Of a DNA stretch of 64,000 nucleotides, positions 10,957 through 20,454 are shown one piece after another. The position numbers were made by a program, and so were the translations under genes. The stretch covers positions 65,159 through 129,158 of the forward strand of contig CAJLPI010000004.1 in assembly GCA_905208535.1 (NCBI GenBank), read 5' to 3'. A model generated the notes under the pieces. The model saw only the letters and a list, made by a program, of their open reading frames with translations, did no database searches and had not been told where the DNA came from. Source of the DNA: an uncultured Collinsella sp. (lineage in GTDB: Bacteria; Actinomycetota; Coriobacteriia; Coriobacteriales; Coriobacteriaceae). How positions within the stretch are numbered: the first letter of the stretch is position 1; each line of letters begins with the position of its first letter.

Positions 10957-11955
10957 CTATTCGCTCGAGCCGGAATCGGTCGTCTCGGACGTGTCGGAAC
11001 TGTCATCCGGGCTCTCGTCCTTCGTCTTGGTCGCAGCATCGCGCGACGTTCCCTGCGGCGTGCTGTTGGCCGTGTTCACGTCCTCATCCGAGGCCGACTG
11101 TTCGTCGGTCAGCGAGGTAATGACCAGCACTTCCTCGTTGTTCTCGGCCGTCGTCTGGGCGCGCACCACAATGGTGTAGTACACGTCGTTAGCCGATTTC
11201 TCAACAGACGAGACGGTGCCGAGCGGTAGACCCTTGGGGAACACACCGCCAATGCCCGAGGTCACGATGATGTCGCCAACCTTAACGTCGGAATCGACGC
11301 TCACGTACTCAAGACGCAGCGTGCCGTCAGCCTGACCCTGCAGCATGCCCTGGGCGCGCGTGTCCTGCACCATAGCGGACACGCCCGAGTTCTCATCGCC
11401 AATCAGGCGCACGGTGGACGTCTTGGCCGAGACCTCGATAATCTGGCCTATGACACCGGCGGAACTCGTCACAGGCATGTTGATGGTAAGACCGTCGGCA
11501 GAACCCTTATCGATGGTGACGGTCGAGGTCCAGGCATCGCCCGAAGCGCCGACGATACGAGCTGCGGTTGATTTGAGGTTGTAGGTCGACTGCAGGCCGA
11601 CCAGCCCCTCCAGTCGCTCGGCGGTCTTTTGAGCCTCGGAGAGCTCGGCAACCTTAGAGGTCAGTTCCTCGTTTTGCTTCTTAAGCTCGTCAAGCGTGTC
11701 CTGCGACGCCGTAAGGTTAGAGAACACGTTACCGATCGCATTGAAGGGAGCCGCCACAGCCGAGCCCACAAAGCGCACCGGCGAGGTAATCGTCGTCACG
11801 CCCGAGCGCACGGCATGAATCGGTCCTGCCTCGCCCTCGCGGATGTAAAACGTGAGCAGCAACACCGAAATCAGGCTGAAAACAATCAACGGGCGCATAC
11901 CCGTTGATTGTCGCTTGGTATTCAGATTTGTGGAGAAACCCGAAGATCGTGCCAA
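10957..11955 (-). CDS. mreC: rod shape-determining protein MreC
   Basis: 332 aa. N-terminal TM, coiled coil (LDELKKQNEELTSKVAELSEAQK), beta-rich domains, acidic/Ser-rich tail. Follows mreB. Confidence 0.85.
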   Translation of the reverse strand: MARSSGFSTNLNTKRQSTGMRPLIVFSLISVLLLTFYIREGEAGPIHAVRSGVTTITSPVRFVGSAVAAPFNAIGNVFSNLTASQDTLDELKKQNEELTSKVAELSEAQKTAERLEGLVGLQSTYNLKSTAARIVGASGDAWTSTVTIDKGSADGLTINMPVTSSAGVIGQIIEVSAKTSTVRLIGDENSGVSAMVQDTRAQGMLQGQADGTLRLEYVSVDSDVKVGDIIVTSGIGGVFPKGLPLGTVSSVEKSANDVYYTIVVRAQTTAENNEEVLVITSLTDEQSASDEDVNTANSTPQGTSRDAATKTKDESPDDSSDTSETTDSGSSE

Positions 11956-11976
11956 ATGGAATCCACCTTTTGGAAA

Positions 11977-13020
11977 TTAAGCATTGGTCTGGACGAAGCC
12001 GCCATCAAACGCATTGGCCTCGAGCACGCGGGCACAGCCGTTAACAACGTTATCGAGCGCCGTGGGGCTGACGTTGACCGAAACGCCGGTCTCATCGCGC
12101 AGGCGCACATCGAGACCGCGCAGCAGCGCGCCGCCACCGGTCAGCAAAATGCCATAGTACATAAGGTCCGAGGCAAGATCGGGAGGCGTAGCGTCGAGTG
12201 CGTCCTTGACGGCCTTGGCCATCTCGTCGAGCGGCTTGTTGAGTGCGCGACGAATCTCCTCGCTCTCGATGCGCACGGTCTTGGGCAGACCGGTGATCAC
12301 GTCGCGGCCGTTGACCTCGACGTCGAGCTCATCCTTGAGCGGCACGGCGGAGCCGACCTTGATCTTGATGTCCTCTGCCGTACGCTCGCCGATGGCCAGG
12401 TTGTAGGCATCACGAACGTGCGTGAGGATGGCCTGATCGAACTCGTCGCCGGCAATACGGATGGACTGCGAGACGACGATGCCGCCCATAGCGATAACGG
12501 CAACCTCGGTGGTACCGCCACCGATGTCGATGACCATGGAGCCGGTGGGTTCCTCGACGGGCAGGTCGGCGCCGATGGCAGCCGCCATGGGCTCTTCGAT
12601 CAGATAGGCCTGGCGGGCACCGGCCTGGATCGTGGCCTCAAAGACAGCGCGCTTCTCGACCGACGTGACACCGGAGGGAACGCAGACGACAACACGCGGA
12701 CGCGGAGTCCACGGATAGCGCTTCTCGGACGCCTTGTCGATAAAGTAGCGAAGCATGGCCTCGGTAACATCGAAGTCGGCGATGACGCCGTCCTTCAGGG
12801 GACGAACGGCCACGATGTTGCCGGGCGTACGGCCGAGCATGCGCTTTGCCTCGATACCGACCGCCAGGATGCGCTCGTCGTTCTTGTCGATGGCGACAAC
12901 GGAGGGCTCGCGAATGACGATGCCCTTGCCGCGCACGGAGACAAGCGTATTGGCGGTGCCGAGGTCGATGGCAAGATCGCCCGCATAGCTACCGAAGAAC
13001 ATATCCATCAAAGAAAACAA
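11977..13020 (-). CDS. mreB: rod shape-determining actin homologue MreB
   Basis: 347 aa. DLAIDLGTANTLV phosphate-1 motif and VIDIGGGTTEVAV phosphate-2 motif. Confidence 0.95.
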   Translation of the reverse strand: MFSLMDMFFGSYAGDLAIDLGTANTLVSVRGKGIVIREPSVVAIDKNDERILAVGIEAKRMLGRTPGNIVAVRPLKDGVIADFDVTEAMLRYFIDKASEKRYPWTPRPRVVVCVPSGVTSVEKRAVFEATIQAGARQAYLIEEPMAAAIGADLPVEEPTGSMVIDIGGGTTEVAVIAMGGIVVSQSIRIAGDEFDQAILTHVRDAYNLAIGERTAEDIKIKVGSAVPLKDELDVEVNGRDVITGLPKTVRIESEEIRRALNKPLDEMAKAVKDALDATPPDLASDLMYYGILLTGGGALLRGLDVRLRDETGVSVNVSPTALDNVVNGCARVLEANAFDGGFVQTNA

Positions 13021-13080
13021 CGCAACTCCTGATGTGTTGGATGATTGCTGGAAAACTACTAGCTCATCATACTAGCGCAA

Positions 13081-13113
13081 GCCCGGCGCCTCACTTGCGG
13101 TGAAGCGCCGGGC
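13081..13113 (-). terminator. GC-rich hairpin between the TPR gene and mreB (weak U-tract)
   Basis: gcccggcgc...gcgccgggc 9-bp perfect stem seen directly. Only a poor T-run follows on the minus strand. Confidence 0.35.
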
Positions 13114-13135
13114 AAAGCTAAATCCCATAAGGTCA

Positions 13136-14440
13136 CTACTGGTTGTCAGCAGCCGAGAAATCCATATCGAGCGAAGAAACGGCCCAGCCGATATGGTTGT
13201 CGGAGCGCACGAATTTGACGGTGTACTCCTGCTCGCCGCCCTTGGACAGCGATGCCTTCACCTTGGCGGTCGTCTCGGTCATGGACTGATCCATGCCCTC
13301 GACGGACACGGTGGCACCCTGCGGAATCGAGGAGATGATCATCGACTTAGCGTCCTCGGACAGGCTCGAGGCCAGGCAAGACTCGGCCTTTGCGGCGTCA
13401 CCGTCGCCGGCAGCCTGGAACAGATCGGTAACGACAGACTCCTGAGACGGGAAGCCAAAGCCGCGCGTGTAAGCAAAGCCCAGACCGCCCGCGGCGATCA
13501 AAATGAGCAGAAGCAGCACGATGAAGACTTTAAGACCCGTGTGGCGATGGCGACGACGGACCTTGGCCTGCTTACGATCCTGACGGTCCTGCTGGACCAT
13601 CTCGGACTCGGACAGCGTAAAGAAGCCGGTGTCCGAGGGATCGGGCATAAACTGACCGGTCGCGCCCGTAGGATCGAGCGGATCGACGGCAGGAGCGTCC
13701 ATCGCGGGCGCCGGAGCCGTGGCCATAGCCGTCTGGGCAGACAGCGCGGCAAGCGAATCGTGCACGCGGGCAAGCTCATCGGCCTGCTCGGAGGTGAGCT
13801 GGTAGATGCCATCGGCAGTAGCGGCGTTAAAGGCGTCGAGTGCGTCGGAGGGACGGCCGGCGGCAGAAAGCGCCTGACCCATGCCGGCGTTGAGCGCACG
13901 CGTGTCGTCGCGGGGGCCGGCAAAGTCGATAGCCGTGCGGTAGGTCTCCACGGCATCCGCCGGACGGCCGAGCTTAATGAAGCAACGACCGAGCTCGCCG
14001 AGTGCGGCGGCAGGAGCCGGATTGGCGCCGTCGATGGCAGCCTGACGGAAGGCGGTTCCCGCGTTGGCATAGTCGCCCGATTGGAACAGCGCATTGCCCA
14101 GACCCAGATAGGCCTTGAACGGCGTGGCATAGGAAGCATCCTGCGTAGCGGCAGAGAAAGCCTGAGCGGCCGTCGTGTAGTCGCCCACCGCGGCGAGCGC
14201 CTTGCCGCGGTTGGTGAGCAGCGCGCCGCGCTTGCCGTAGGTGCCGTCGTTGAGGGCGGCGGCATAGGCCTCGGCGGCCTCGGCATACATGCCCAGGTGC
14301 ATCAAGGCGTTGCCACGAAGGTGGTCGGCCTCGCCCATAATCTCATCGGGAGTCTTTGCCGCCCCAAGCATCTGGGCTGCAGCGGAAAAATCACCCGCGC
14401 GGTAAGCGGCGCGGCCCTGTTGGATCAGCTGGCTATTCAA
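13136..14440 (-). CDS. TPR-repeat membrane-anchored protein
   Basis: 434 aa. Repeated A-x-x-Y/F-x-x-A TPR-like units in the N-half, a basic stretch plus TM (VFIVLLLLILIAAGGLGFAY), and an extracytoplasmic C-domain. Confidence 0.7.
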   Translation of the reverse strand: MNSQLIQQGRAAYRAGDFSAAAQMLGAAKTPDEIMGEADHLRGNALMHLGMYAEAAEAYAAALNDGTYGKRGALLTNRGKALAAVGDYTTAAQAFSAATQDASYATPFKAYLGLGNALFQSGDYANAGTAFRQAAIDGANPAPAAALGELGRCFIKLGRPADAVETYRTAIDFAGPRDDTRALNAGMGQALSAAGRPSDALDAFNAATADGIYQLTSEQADELARVHDSLAALSAQTAMATAPAPAMDAPAVDPLDPTGATGQFMPDPSDTGFFTLSESEMVQQDRQDRKQAKVRRRHRHTGLKVFIVLLLLILIAAGGLGFAYTRGFGFPSQESVVTDLFQAAGDGDAAKAESCLASSLSEDAKSMIISSIPQGATVSVEGMDQSMTETTAKVKASLSKGGEQEYTVKFVRSDNHIGWAVSSLDMDFSAADNQ

Positions 14441-14451
14441 GGAAGTCCCCT

Positions 14452-14994
14452 TTACTCGTGAACGATCTCGACATGAACGATCTCGTCGCCGGCACGCAGC
14501 TGCGAAATCACATCGAGACCCTCGACCGTGGTACCAAAGACGGTGTAACCGGAATCGAGGTTATGCTGGGCACCCAGGCAGAAGTAGAACTGCGAACCCG
14601 CGGAATCGGGGTCCATGGAGCGCGCCATGGCAAGGGCGCCATCGACATGGCTGTTGCGCGGATTGGTGGCGAACTCGCCCTTGATGCAGTAGCCGGGGCC
14701 ACCGGTACCGGGCATGCCGTCGGGGCCCTCAAGACCGGCGGCGACGTCGGCGCCGGACATGTCGCGGGTATTGGGGTCCCCGCCCTGGATAACAAAACCG
14801 GGCACATAGCGATGGAACTTAAGGCCATCATAGAAGCCCATCGTGGAAAGCTCGCAGAAGTTCGCGACATGAATGGGAGCGCCCTCGCCGTCAAACTTGA
14901 CCTTGATGGTACCCTTCGACGTCTCGATTACGGCGCACTCGTCGCCGACAAGCTGATACCCGGGCGTGTAGAGCTCTTTCTTAAAACCAAACAT
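14452..14994 (-). CDS. peptidyl-prolyl cis-trans isomerase, cyclophilin type
   Basis: 180 aa. FHRYVPGFVIQGGDP and SQFYFCL cyclophilin signatures. Confidence 0.92.
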   Translation of the reverse strand: MFGFKKELYTPGYQLVGDECAVIETSKGTIKVKFDGEGAPIHVANFCELSTMGFYDGLKFHRYVPGFVIQGGDPNTRDMSGADVAAGLEGPDGMPGTGGPGYCIKGEFATNPRNSHVDGALAMARSMDPDSAGSQFYFCLGAQHNLDSGYTVFGTTVEGLDVISQLRAGDEIVHVEIVHE

Positions 14995-15101
14995 GTGGTT
15001 CCTTCCTCGTGCGTTTAAAGCATATTTGTACGAATTGTAGCAATAAGCACGGGCTTACATCAATTGCGCACGTAGGTTATGCCGACTATGGCGAACTATT
15101 T

Positions 15102-16265
15102 TTAGGAACGCTGCTGCGGCTTCCAGGAACCCACATTGGCGTCGTACTGGTTCAGCGCGCTGTTGCCACCCTGCGCGATGGGCGCCAGGATCTCGCTTTG
15201 GTGGGAACTCATCGACTCGCCATCGGGAATGGCCAGCGAGATATCCCAGCTCTGGCAGATCACGTCAACGCGCTCATACATCCACTCGGCAAGCTGCTTT
15301 AAGTGGGCGATGTCGTCCGCATAGACCGTATCGTCCTGATACTTAAGATTGTTGAGCTCATCTTGCGTCTTTTTAATCTGGTCACGCAGGGCGTAGGCAC
15401 TCTGCGACAGCCCCTGACGGGTGGACAGCGGCGTTCGGAGATAGCCGTTGTTAAAGGAATCGATGACCTCGCCAATCTGGTCCTCGTCAGCATAGGACAC
15501 GATGGTCTGATACAGACCGTCCAGCCTGGTATAGAGCTGATCATCGGTGAGCACGGTTTCTTCCTGGACCACCTCCGCAGAATCGTCCTGCTTGGCATCG
15601 TCCTCAGTGGCCTCGCCCTTTTGGCGCGTGGGGAAGGTGGTCTGTGCAGCTTGGCCAAACTGGTCGTAGAAGCCGGGCATAACACCCATGGGATCGGTCG
15701 TCACGAACCAATAAGCACCGCCGCAAACGACGGCAAGGACCGCGATGACGATAAGCGGCTTGGGAATATGACGCTTGTGCTTGTGATAGGCGTCCTCGTC
15801 GGGGTGCACCTTGCGCTTGGGTTTTTGAGCATCGTCATGCAGGGAAACGGGCATGGGAATATCGACCTTGGGAATACCGAAATCCTTATCGAAAGCCGGC
15901 AGCACGCAGGTCTCATTGGGGTCGGCGGCGTCCGAAAGCACCGCAGCGGCAGAGGCCGGCGCATGCGGCACCTCGGTGTCGATCTGCTCTTGCGTTAGGC
16001 GCGGAAAGCCCGCCGTGCGGCCCGCTGCCAGGTCGGATGCGGCCGCGTCCTCGGAGAGGATACCCGGAGCAGGGCGTCCGCATTTGGGGCACGTACGATC
16101 ATGCGGAGAAAGACGGGCACCGCAGCCCTCACAGAACACGAACTCGGTGTGCTCGGGACCATCGCCCGGACCCACATAGGCGTTGCAGTAGGGGCAGAAC
16201 GAGGCGCCGTCCTCGATAGTCTTAAGGCAATGCGGGCAGATCACGGCATCCTCTTTTCGAAGCAA
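15102..16265 (-). CDS. double zinc-ribbon membrane protein
   Basis: 387 aa. CPHCx(10)CPYC and CEGCx(10)CPKC ribbons, one TM (IVIAVLAVVCGGAYWF), then an extracellular domain. Confidence 0.65.
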   Translation of the reverse strand: MLRKEDAVICPHCLKTIEDGASFCPYCNAYVGPGDGPEHTEFVFCEGCGARLSPHDRTCPKCGRPAPGILSEDAAASDLAAGRTAGFPRLTQEQIDTEVPHAPASAAAVLSDAADPNETCVLPAFDKDFGIPKVDIPMPVSLHDDAQKPKRKVHPDEDAYHKHKRHIPKPLIVIAVLAVVCGGAYWFVTTDPMGVMPGFYDQFGQAAQTTFPTRQKGEATEDDAKQDDSAEVVQEETVLTDDQLYTRLDGLYQTIVSYADEDQIGEVIDSFNNGYLRTPLSTRQGLSQSAYALRDQIKKTQDELNNLKYQDDTVYADDIAHLKQLAEWMYERVDVICQSWDISLAIPDGESMSSHQSEILAPIAQGGNSALNQYDANVGSWKPQQRS

Positions 16266-16347
16266 TTCAAATAATCGAGGTTAGAGCATAACATCGCCAC
16301 GGCCCCACAGGAGCAAGGCACCAATTCAACATCGCCAGGGCGCGTAG

Positions 16348-19086
16348 TTACTTCTTCTTTTTGCTTGGCATCGAGACTTTGATGCCTTGGGCGGACTTGG
16401 TTACGCGAGAGCGCTTGGCTCCGGTACTCTTCTTTTTCTTGGGCTGGGCCTGGGCCACGCCCTCGAGTGCGCGGGCCTCGGCCTCACGAACGGTGCGAGA
16501 TTCGCGGCGCTGCGCCATGTCGGCGGCGACGCGCTTGGCAAAACGCTCCGCCGTCGAACCCGTCGAGCTCACCTTGCCGCCACCGCGACCCAGGCGGACG
16601 CGCACACCGCGACCAAAACCAGTTGCGGCATGACGACGACGCGGCTTAAGCGAATCCATCATCGTGGCGAGCTTAAAGAACACCGAGCAGGTAAAGGCCA
16701 CGATGACAGCCAAGATAACCATCTGGCCCATCGACAGGTTGGCAATAGACAGCAGCTCCGGGAATCCGATAACGCCCACCAAGATGCCAGCGACTACAAA
16801 CACAAAGAGCACCACGCGCAAGGGCGTGAGAGGCTGCGAGATGCGCCAGATCAGGCTGACGCTCGCCGCGCACGACGTAAGCAGGCACATCGTAGACAGC
16901 GTGAGCTGGTTAAAGCCAAACACGCACGCCACAAAGATATCGAGCGCCGCGGCCAAAATGACCGCAATCGACGCCGGCAGTGCCCGCTTGAGCACGTTCG
17001 TCAGGAACGACCCCTTCACGCGAGCATTGTTGGGCTCCAGGCCCAAGACAAAGCCCGGCGCGCCAATGCAGAAGAAGTTGATGAGCGTCATCTGAATCGG
17101 CTCGAAAGGGTACGGCGGCAGCGCGATACACAGCGCCGCCAGGCCCATCGAGAACAGCGTCTTGGTCAAGAACAGCGAAGCCGAACGCTGCAGGTTGTTG
17201 ATGGAGCGACGGCCCTCGGCCACCACGGCGGGCATCGAGGCAAAGTCGTTGTCGACGAGTACGATCTCGGCCACGTTGCGCGCGGCATCGGAGCCAGCCG
17301 CCATGGCGACGGAGCAGTCGGCCTCCTTGAGCGCCAGCACGTCGTTGACGCCGTCACCCGTCATGGCCACGGTGTGCTCGCGGCGCTTGAGCGCCTGCAC
17401 GAGCTCGCGCTTCTGCTGCGGGGTCACACGACCAAAGACATGGTAGCGGTCCACTGCGGCATCGAGCTTTGCCGGCGTATCGAGCGTCGTGGCGTCCACA
17501 TAAGCGTCCGCTCCCGGCACGCCCACCACGCGCGCGATCGACGACACCGTACGCGGGTCATCGCCACTGATCACGTTGAGGGTCACGCCCTGCTCGTTAA
17601 AGTAGCCGATGGTCTCGGCCGCCGAGGTACGAATCTCGTCGCGGATGGTCACAAAGCCCACGGGCTCGGCCTCGCCCACCATATCGCCATCGGGCGTAAA
17701 GCCGTCCACGCGCGCCACCACGAGCACGCGGCAGGTATTGGCAAGCTCGGCGACACGGTTCTCGACCTGCGAAAACACACGCTCCGAAAGCACAAACTGC
17801 GCGGCGCCCATCACATAGGAGCCCTGCGCAAAAGAAGCGCCACTCCATTTTTTAGACGACGAGAACGGAATGACCGACAGCGGCTCAGACACCTCGACCG
17901 GGCGATCGGCGTAATAGTTGAGCAGCGCCTGGCAGGTCTCGTTGGCATCGGCCGAAGTCGCACGCGCCACGTTAGCCAGCGCAAAATCGAGCACTGTGGT
18001 ATCGACGGGAACAGCCGCCTCCTCCGAGTCCACGCCAAAGCCAACACCCTCAACCGGCAGCGGATACGTGCCCTCGACCTCCATGCGGCCCGACGTGATG
18101 GTGCCCGTCTTGTCCAGGCACAGCACGTCGACGCGAGCGAGCGTCTCGATGCAGTAGAGCTGCTGCGCCAGCACCTTGCGGCGGGCCAGGCGCACCGTGG
18201 CGATGGCGAGCACCGACGAGGTCAGCAGCACCAGCCCTTGCGGGATCATGCCCAGCAGGGCGCCCACCGTGGACAGCAGCGCCGACGAAGGCACATGACC
18301 AGCCAACAGCTCGGAGAAGCACCAGGAAAGCGCGCTATCGCCTGGAGTTCCCGCGGCATCCCACAGCTCGCTCACACTCGAGGCAAACAACGCCAAACCG
18401 AGCGGGATCATGATTATGCTCGCAAAGCGCACGATGGCATTAAGCGCGTTCATGATCTCGGAATTGACCTTTTTGACGTACTTGGCCTCGTTATTTATTT
18501 TGGCCACGTAGCTGTCGGCGCCGACATGAATCACGCGGGCGCGCAGCAGGCCCGAGTCGATAAAGCTGCCGCTCATGAGCTCGGAACCGGGCTGTTTCTT
18601 AATAAGGTCGCTCTCGCCCGTCAGCAGGCTCTCGTTCACGAGTGCCTCGCCCGAAACCACCACGGCGTCAGCGGGAATCTGATCGCCACGCCCCAGGCGG
18701 ATGATGTCATCGAGCACGATCTGGTCCAAGTCGAGCTCCACCTCGGCACCGTCGCGCACCGCGATGGCCTTCTTGGAGGTCAGCAGCGTAAGCTTATCGA
18801 CCATCTTCTTGGAACGCATGGACTGAATGACGCCAATAGCGGTATTGAGGAACACCACGAACAGGAACGTCAGATTCTTAAACGAACCGGTCAAAATGAC
18901 CAGGAACGCCAAGATCACGTTGATCAAATTAAACAGCGTGCAGAGGTTCTCGATGATGAGCTCTTTGACCGACTTGGTCTTGAGCTCCATGTTGCGGTCG
19001 ATCTTACCGGCGGCGATGCGCTCCTCGACCTCGGCGGTCGAGAGTCCGCGCTCGATATCCGTTGCTGCCATACCACGTCCCATCAC
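16348..19086 (-). CDS. cation-translocating P-type ATPase with a long basic C-terminal tail
   Basis: 912 aa. TGES, CLDKTGTIT phosphorylation site and MTGDGVNDVLALKEAD hinge. GTG start at 19086 (an ATG follows one codon later). Confidence 0.9.
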   Translation of the reverse strand: MMGRGMAATDIERGLSTAEVEERIAAGKIDRNMELKTKSVKELIIENLCTLFNLINVILAFLVILTGSFKNLTFLFVVFLNTAIGVIQSMRSKKMVDKLTLLTSKKAIAVRDGAEVELDLDQIVLDDIIRLGRGDQIPADAVVVSGEALVNESLLTGESDLIKKQPGSELMSGSFIDSGLLRARVIHVGADSYVAKINNEAKYVKKVNSEIMNALNAIVRFASIIMIPLGLALFASSVSELWDAAGTPGDSALSWCFSELLAGHVPSSALLSTVGALLGMIPQGLVLLTSSVLAIATVRLARRKVLAQQLYCIETLARVDVLCLDKTGTITSGRMEVEGTYPLPVEGVGFGVDSEEAAVPVDTTVLDFALANVARATSADANETCQALLNYYADRPVEVSEPLSVIPFSSSKKWSGASFAQGSYVMGAAQFVLSERVFSQVENRVAELANTCRVLVVARVDGFTPDGDMVGEAEPVGFVTIRDEIRTSAAETIGYFNEQGVTLNVISGDDPRTVSSIARVVGVPGADAYVDATTLDTPAKLDAAVDRYHVFGRVTPQQKRELVQALKRREHTVAMTGDGVNDVLALKEADCSVAMAAGSDAARNVAEIVLVDNDFASMPAVVAEGRRSINNLQRSASLFLTKTLFSMGLAALCIALPPYPFEPIQMTLINFFCIGAPGFVLGLEPNNARVKGSFLTNVLKRALPASIAVILAAALDIFVACVFGFNQLTLSTMCLLTSCAASVSLIWRISQPLTPLRVVLFVFVVAGILVGVIGFPELLSIANLSMGQMVILAVIVAFTCSVFFKLATMMDSLKPRRRHAATGFGRGVRVRLGRGGGKVSSTGSTAERFAKRVAADMAQRRESRTVREAEARALEGVAQAQPKKKKSTGAKRSRVTKSAQGIKVSMPSKKKK

Positions 19087-19102
19087 GTCGCGTCGGTATA
19101 AG

Positions 19103-19136
19103 AAAAACCGCCCGGACCATGCGAGGTTCGGACGGT
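19103..19136 (-). terminator. intrinsic terminator downstream of tRNA-Arg(CCG)
   Basis: Imperfect 11-bp stem ccgcccggacc/ggttcggacgg followed by a U5 run on the minus strand (aaaaa on plus). Confidence 0.5.
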
Positions 19137-19147
19137 CTTACGTTCGA

Positions 19148-19224
19148 TGGTGCCCCATGTTGGATTCGAACCAACGGCCTTCTGCTCCGGAGGCAGACGC
19201 TCTAATCCCCTGAGCTAATAGGGC
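19148..19224 (-). tRNA. tRNA-Arg (anticodon CCG), CCA encoded
   Basis: Hand-folded cloverleaf: acceptor GCCCTAT/ATGGGGC, D-arm GCTC..GAGC, anticodon stem TCTGC/GCAGA with loop CTCCGGA, T-arm GTTGG-TTCGAAT-CCAAC. Confidence 0.85.
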
Positions 19225-19371
19225 CAACGTTTGGCATTATACCCAAGTGCACCACGGGCTATCAAAATAAAAGAAAAAGCTTTGCAATTCCGAGGAAGAC
19301 GCGGCGCAACGGCCCACTTTAGAAGGCAAAAGCAAGTCAGATAGTATAAACTCTCATGCACCATATGTACA

Positions 19372-19395
19372 CGGCTCGCGATGCGGGCCGTTTTT
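19372..19395 (+). promoter_or_regulatory. terminator-like hairpin plus T5 in the 5' leader of the aro operon (possible attenuator)
   Basis: cggctcg-cgatg-cgggccg, a 7-bp stem with one G-U pair, followed by ttttt. It sits 34 nt upstream of the DAHP synthase ATG and inside a 20-codon ORF (19356..19418). Confidence 0.35.
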
Positions 19396-19428
19396 GCAAG
19401 GGTTATCCATCGAGGTGAGAGGCACACC

Positions 19429-20451
19429 ATGATTGCAATTTTAAAAGAGAGCGCCAGCGACGAGGCCGTCAGCCATATCGTCAGCTGGATTGAGAAAAAG
19501 GGCCTGAAGACCGATGTCTCGCGCGGCGAGAATGAGACGATCATCGGCCTGGTGGGCGATACGACCAAGATCGACCCGTTCCTGCTCGAGTCCATGGATG
19601 TCGTCGAGCGCGTGCAGCGCGTCTCCGAGCCGTTCAAGCGCGCCAACCGCAAGTTCCACCCCGAGGACTCCGTCATCGACTGCGGCCACGGCGTCAAGAT
19701 CGGCGGCGATCAGTTCCAGGTCATCGCCGGCCCGTGCTCCGTCGAGGGCGAGAACCTCATCCGCATCGCCCGCCGCGTGAAGGCCGCCGGTGCCACGATG
19801 CTGCGCGGCGGCGCCTACAAGCCCCGCACATCCCCTTACGCCTACCAGGGCATGGGCCCCGCCGGTCTGGACCTGCTGTGCGAGGCGTCTGCCGAGCTCG
19901 ACATGCCGATCGTCACCGAGATCATGGACCCGCGCGACGTGCAGGTCTTCCTGGACAAGAAGATCGACGTCATGCAGATCGGCGCCCGCAACGCCCAGAA
20001 CTTCCCTCTGCTCAAAGAGGTCGGCAAGACCCAGACACCGATTCTGCTCAAGCGCGGCATGTCCGGCACGATCGATGAGCTGCTCATGGCCGCCGAGTAC
20101 ATCATGAGCGAGGGCAACGACAACGTCATCCTGTGCGAGCGCGGCATCCGCACCTTCGAGACCCGCACCCGCAACACCTTCGACCTCAATGCCGTGCCGG
20201 TGCTGCACCACCTGTCGCACCTGCCCGTCGTCGCCGACCCCAGCCACGCCACCGGCTACACCCGCTACGTTGAGCCCATGGCGCTCGCCGCGACCGCCTG
20301 CGGTGCCAACGGCCTGGAGATCGAGGTCCACGACGAGCCCAGCCGCGCATGGTCCGACGGCGCTCAGGCCCTCACCCCCGATCAGTTCGACGACACCATG
20401 CGCCGCATCCGAGCCATCCGCGAGGTTGTCTGCCAAGAGACCATGGAGTAG
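19429..20451 (+). CDS. aroF: 3-deoxy-7-phosphoheptulonate (DAHP) synthase, type I-beta with N-terminal ferredoxin-like regulatory domain
   Basis: I place the start at MIAILKE (RBS gaggtgagagg). It is collinear with the Thermotoga-type enzyme (MIVVLK...FHPEDTVID...IAGPCSVE...LRGGAYKPRTSPY...IGARNAQNF...LCERGIRTFE). Confidence 0.9.
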   Translation: MIAILKESASDEAVSHIVSWIEKKGLKTDVSRGENETIIGLVGDTTKIDPFLLESMDVVERVQRVSEPFKRANRKFHPEDSVIDCGHGVKIGGDQFQVIAGPCSVEGENLIRIARRVKAAGATMLRGGAYKPRTSPYAYQGMGPAGLDLLCEASAELDMPIVTEIMDPRDVQVFLDKKIDVMQIGARNAQNFPLLKEVGKTQTPILLKRGMSGTIDELLMAAEYIMSEGNDNVILCERGIRTFETRTRNTFDLNAVPVLHHLSHLPVVADPSHATGYTRYVEPMALAATACGANGLEIEVHDEPSRAWSDGAQALTPDQFDDTMRRIRAIREVVCQETME

Positions 20452-20454
20452 CCC

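Noticed and set aside
13136-16265. The TPR protein / cyclophilin / zinc-ribbon protein trio as a novel system.
   Set aside because: Their composition matches the core, the genes are individually common housekeeping or envelope-associated types, and nothing in the sequence links them beyond co-orientation.
19226-19428. A T-box or other riboswitch in the aro leader.
   Set aside because: The leader is only about 200 nt. I could not find the conserved T-box sequence, a specifier-loop arrangement or any known aromatic-responsive riboswitch motif. Only the hairpin plus small ORF is reported, at low confidence.
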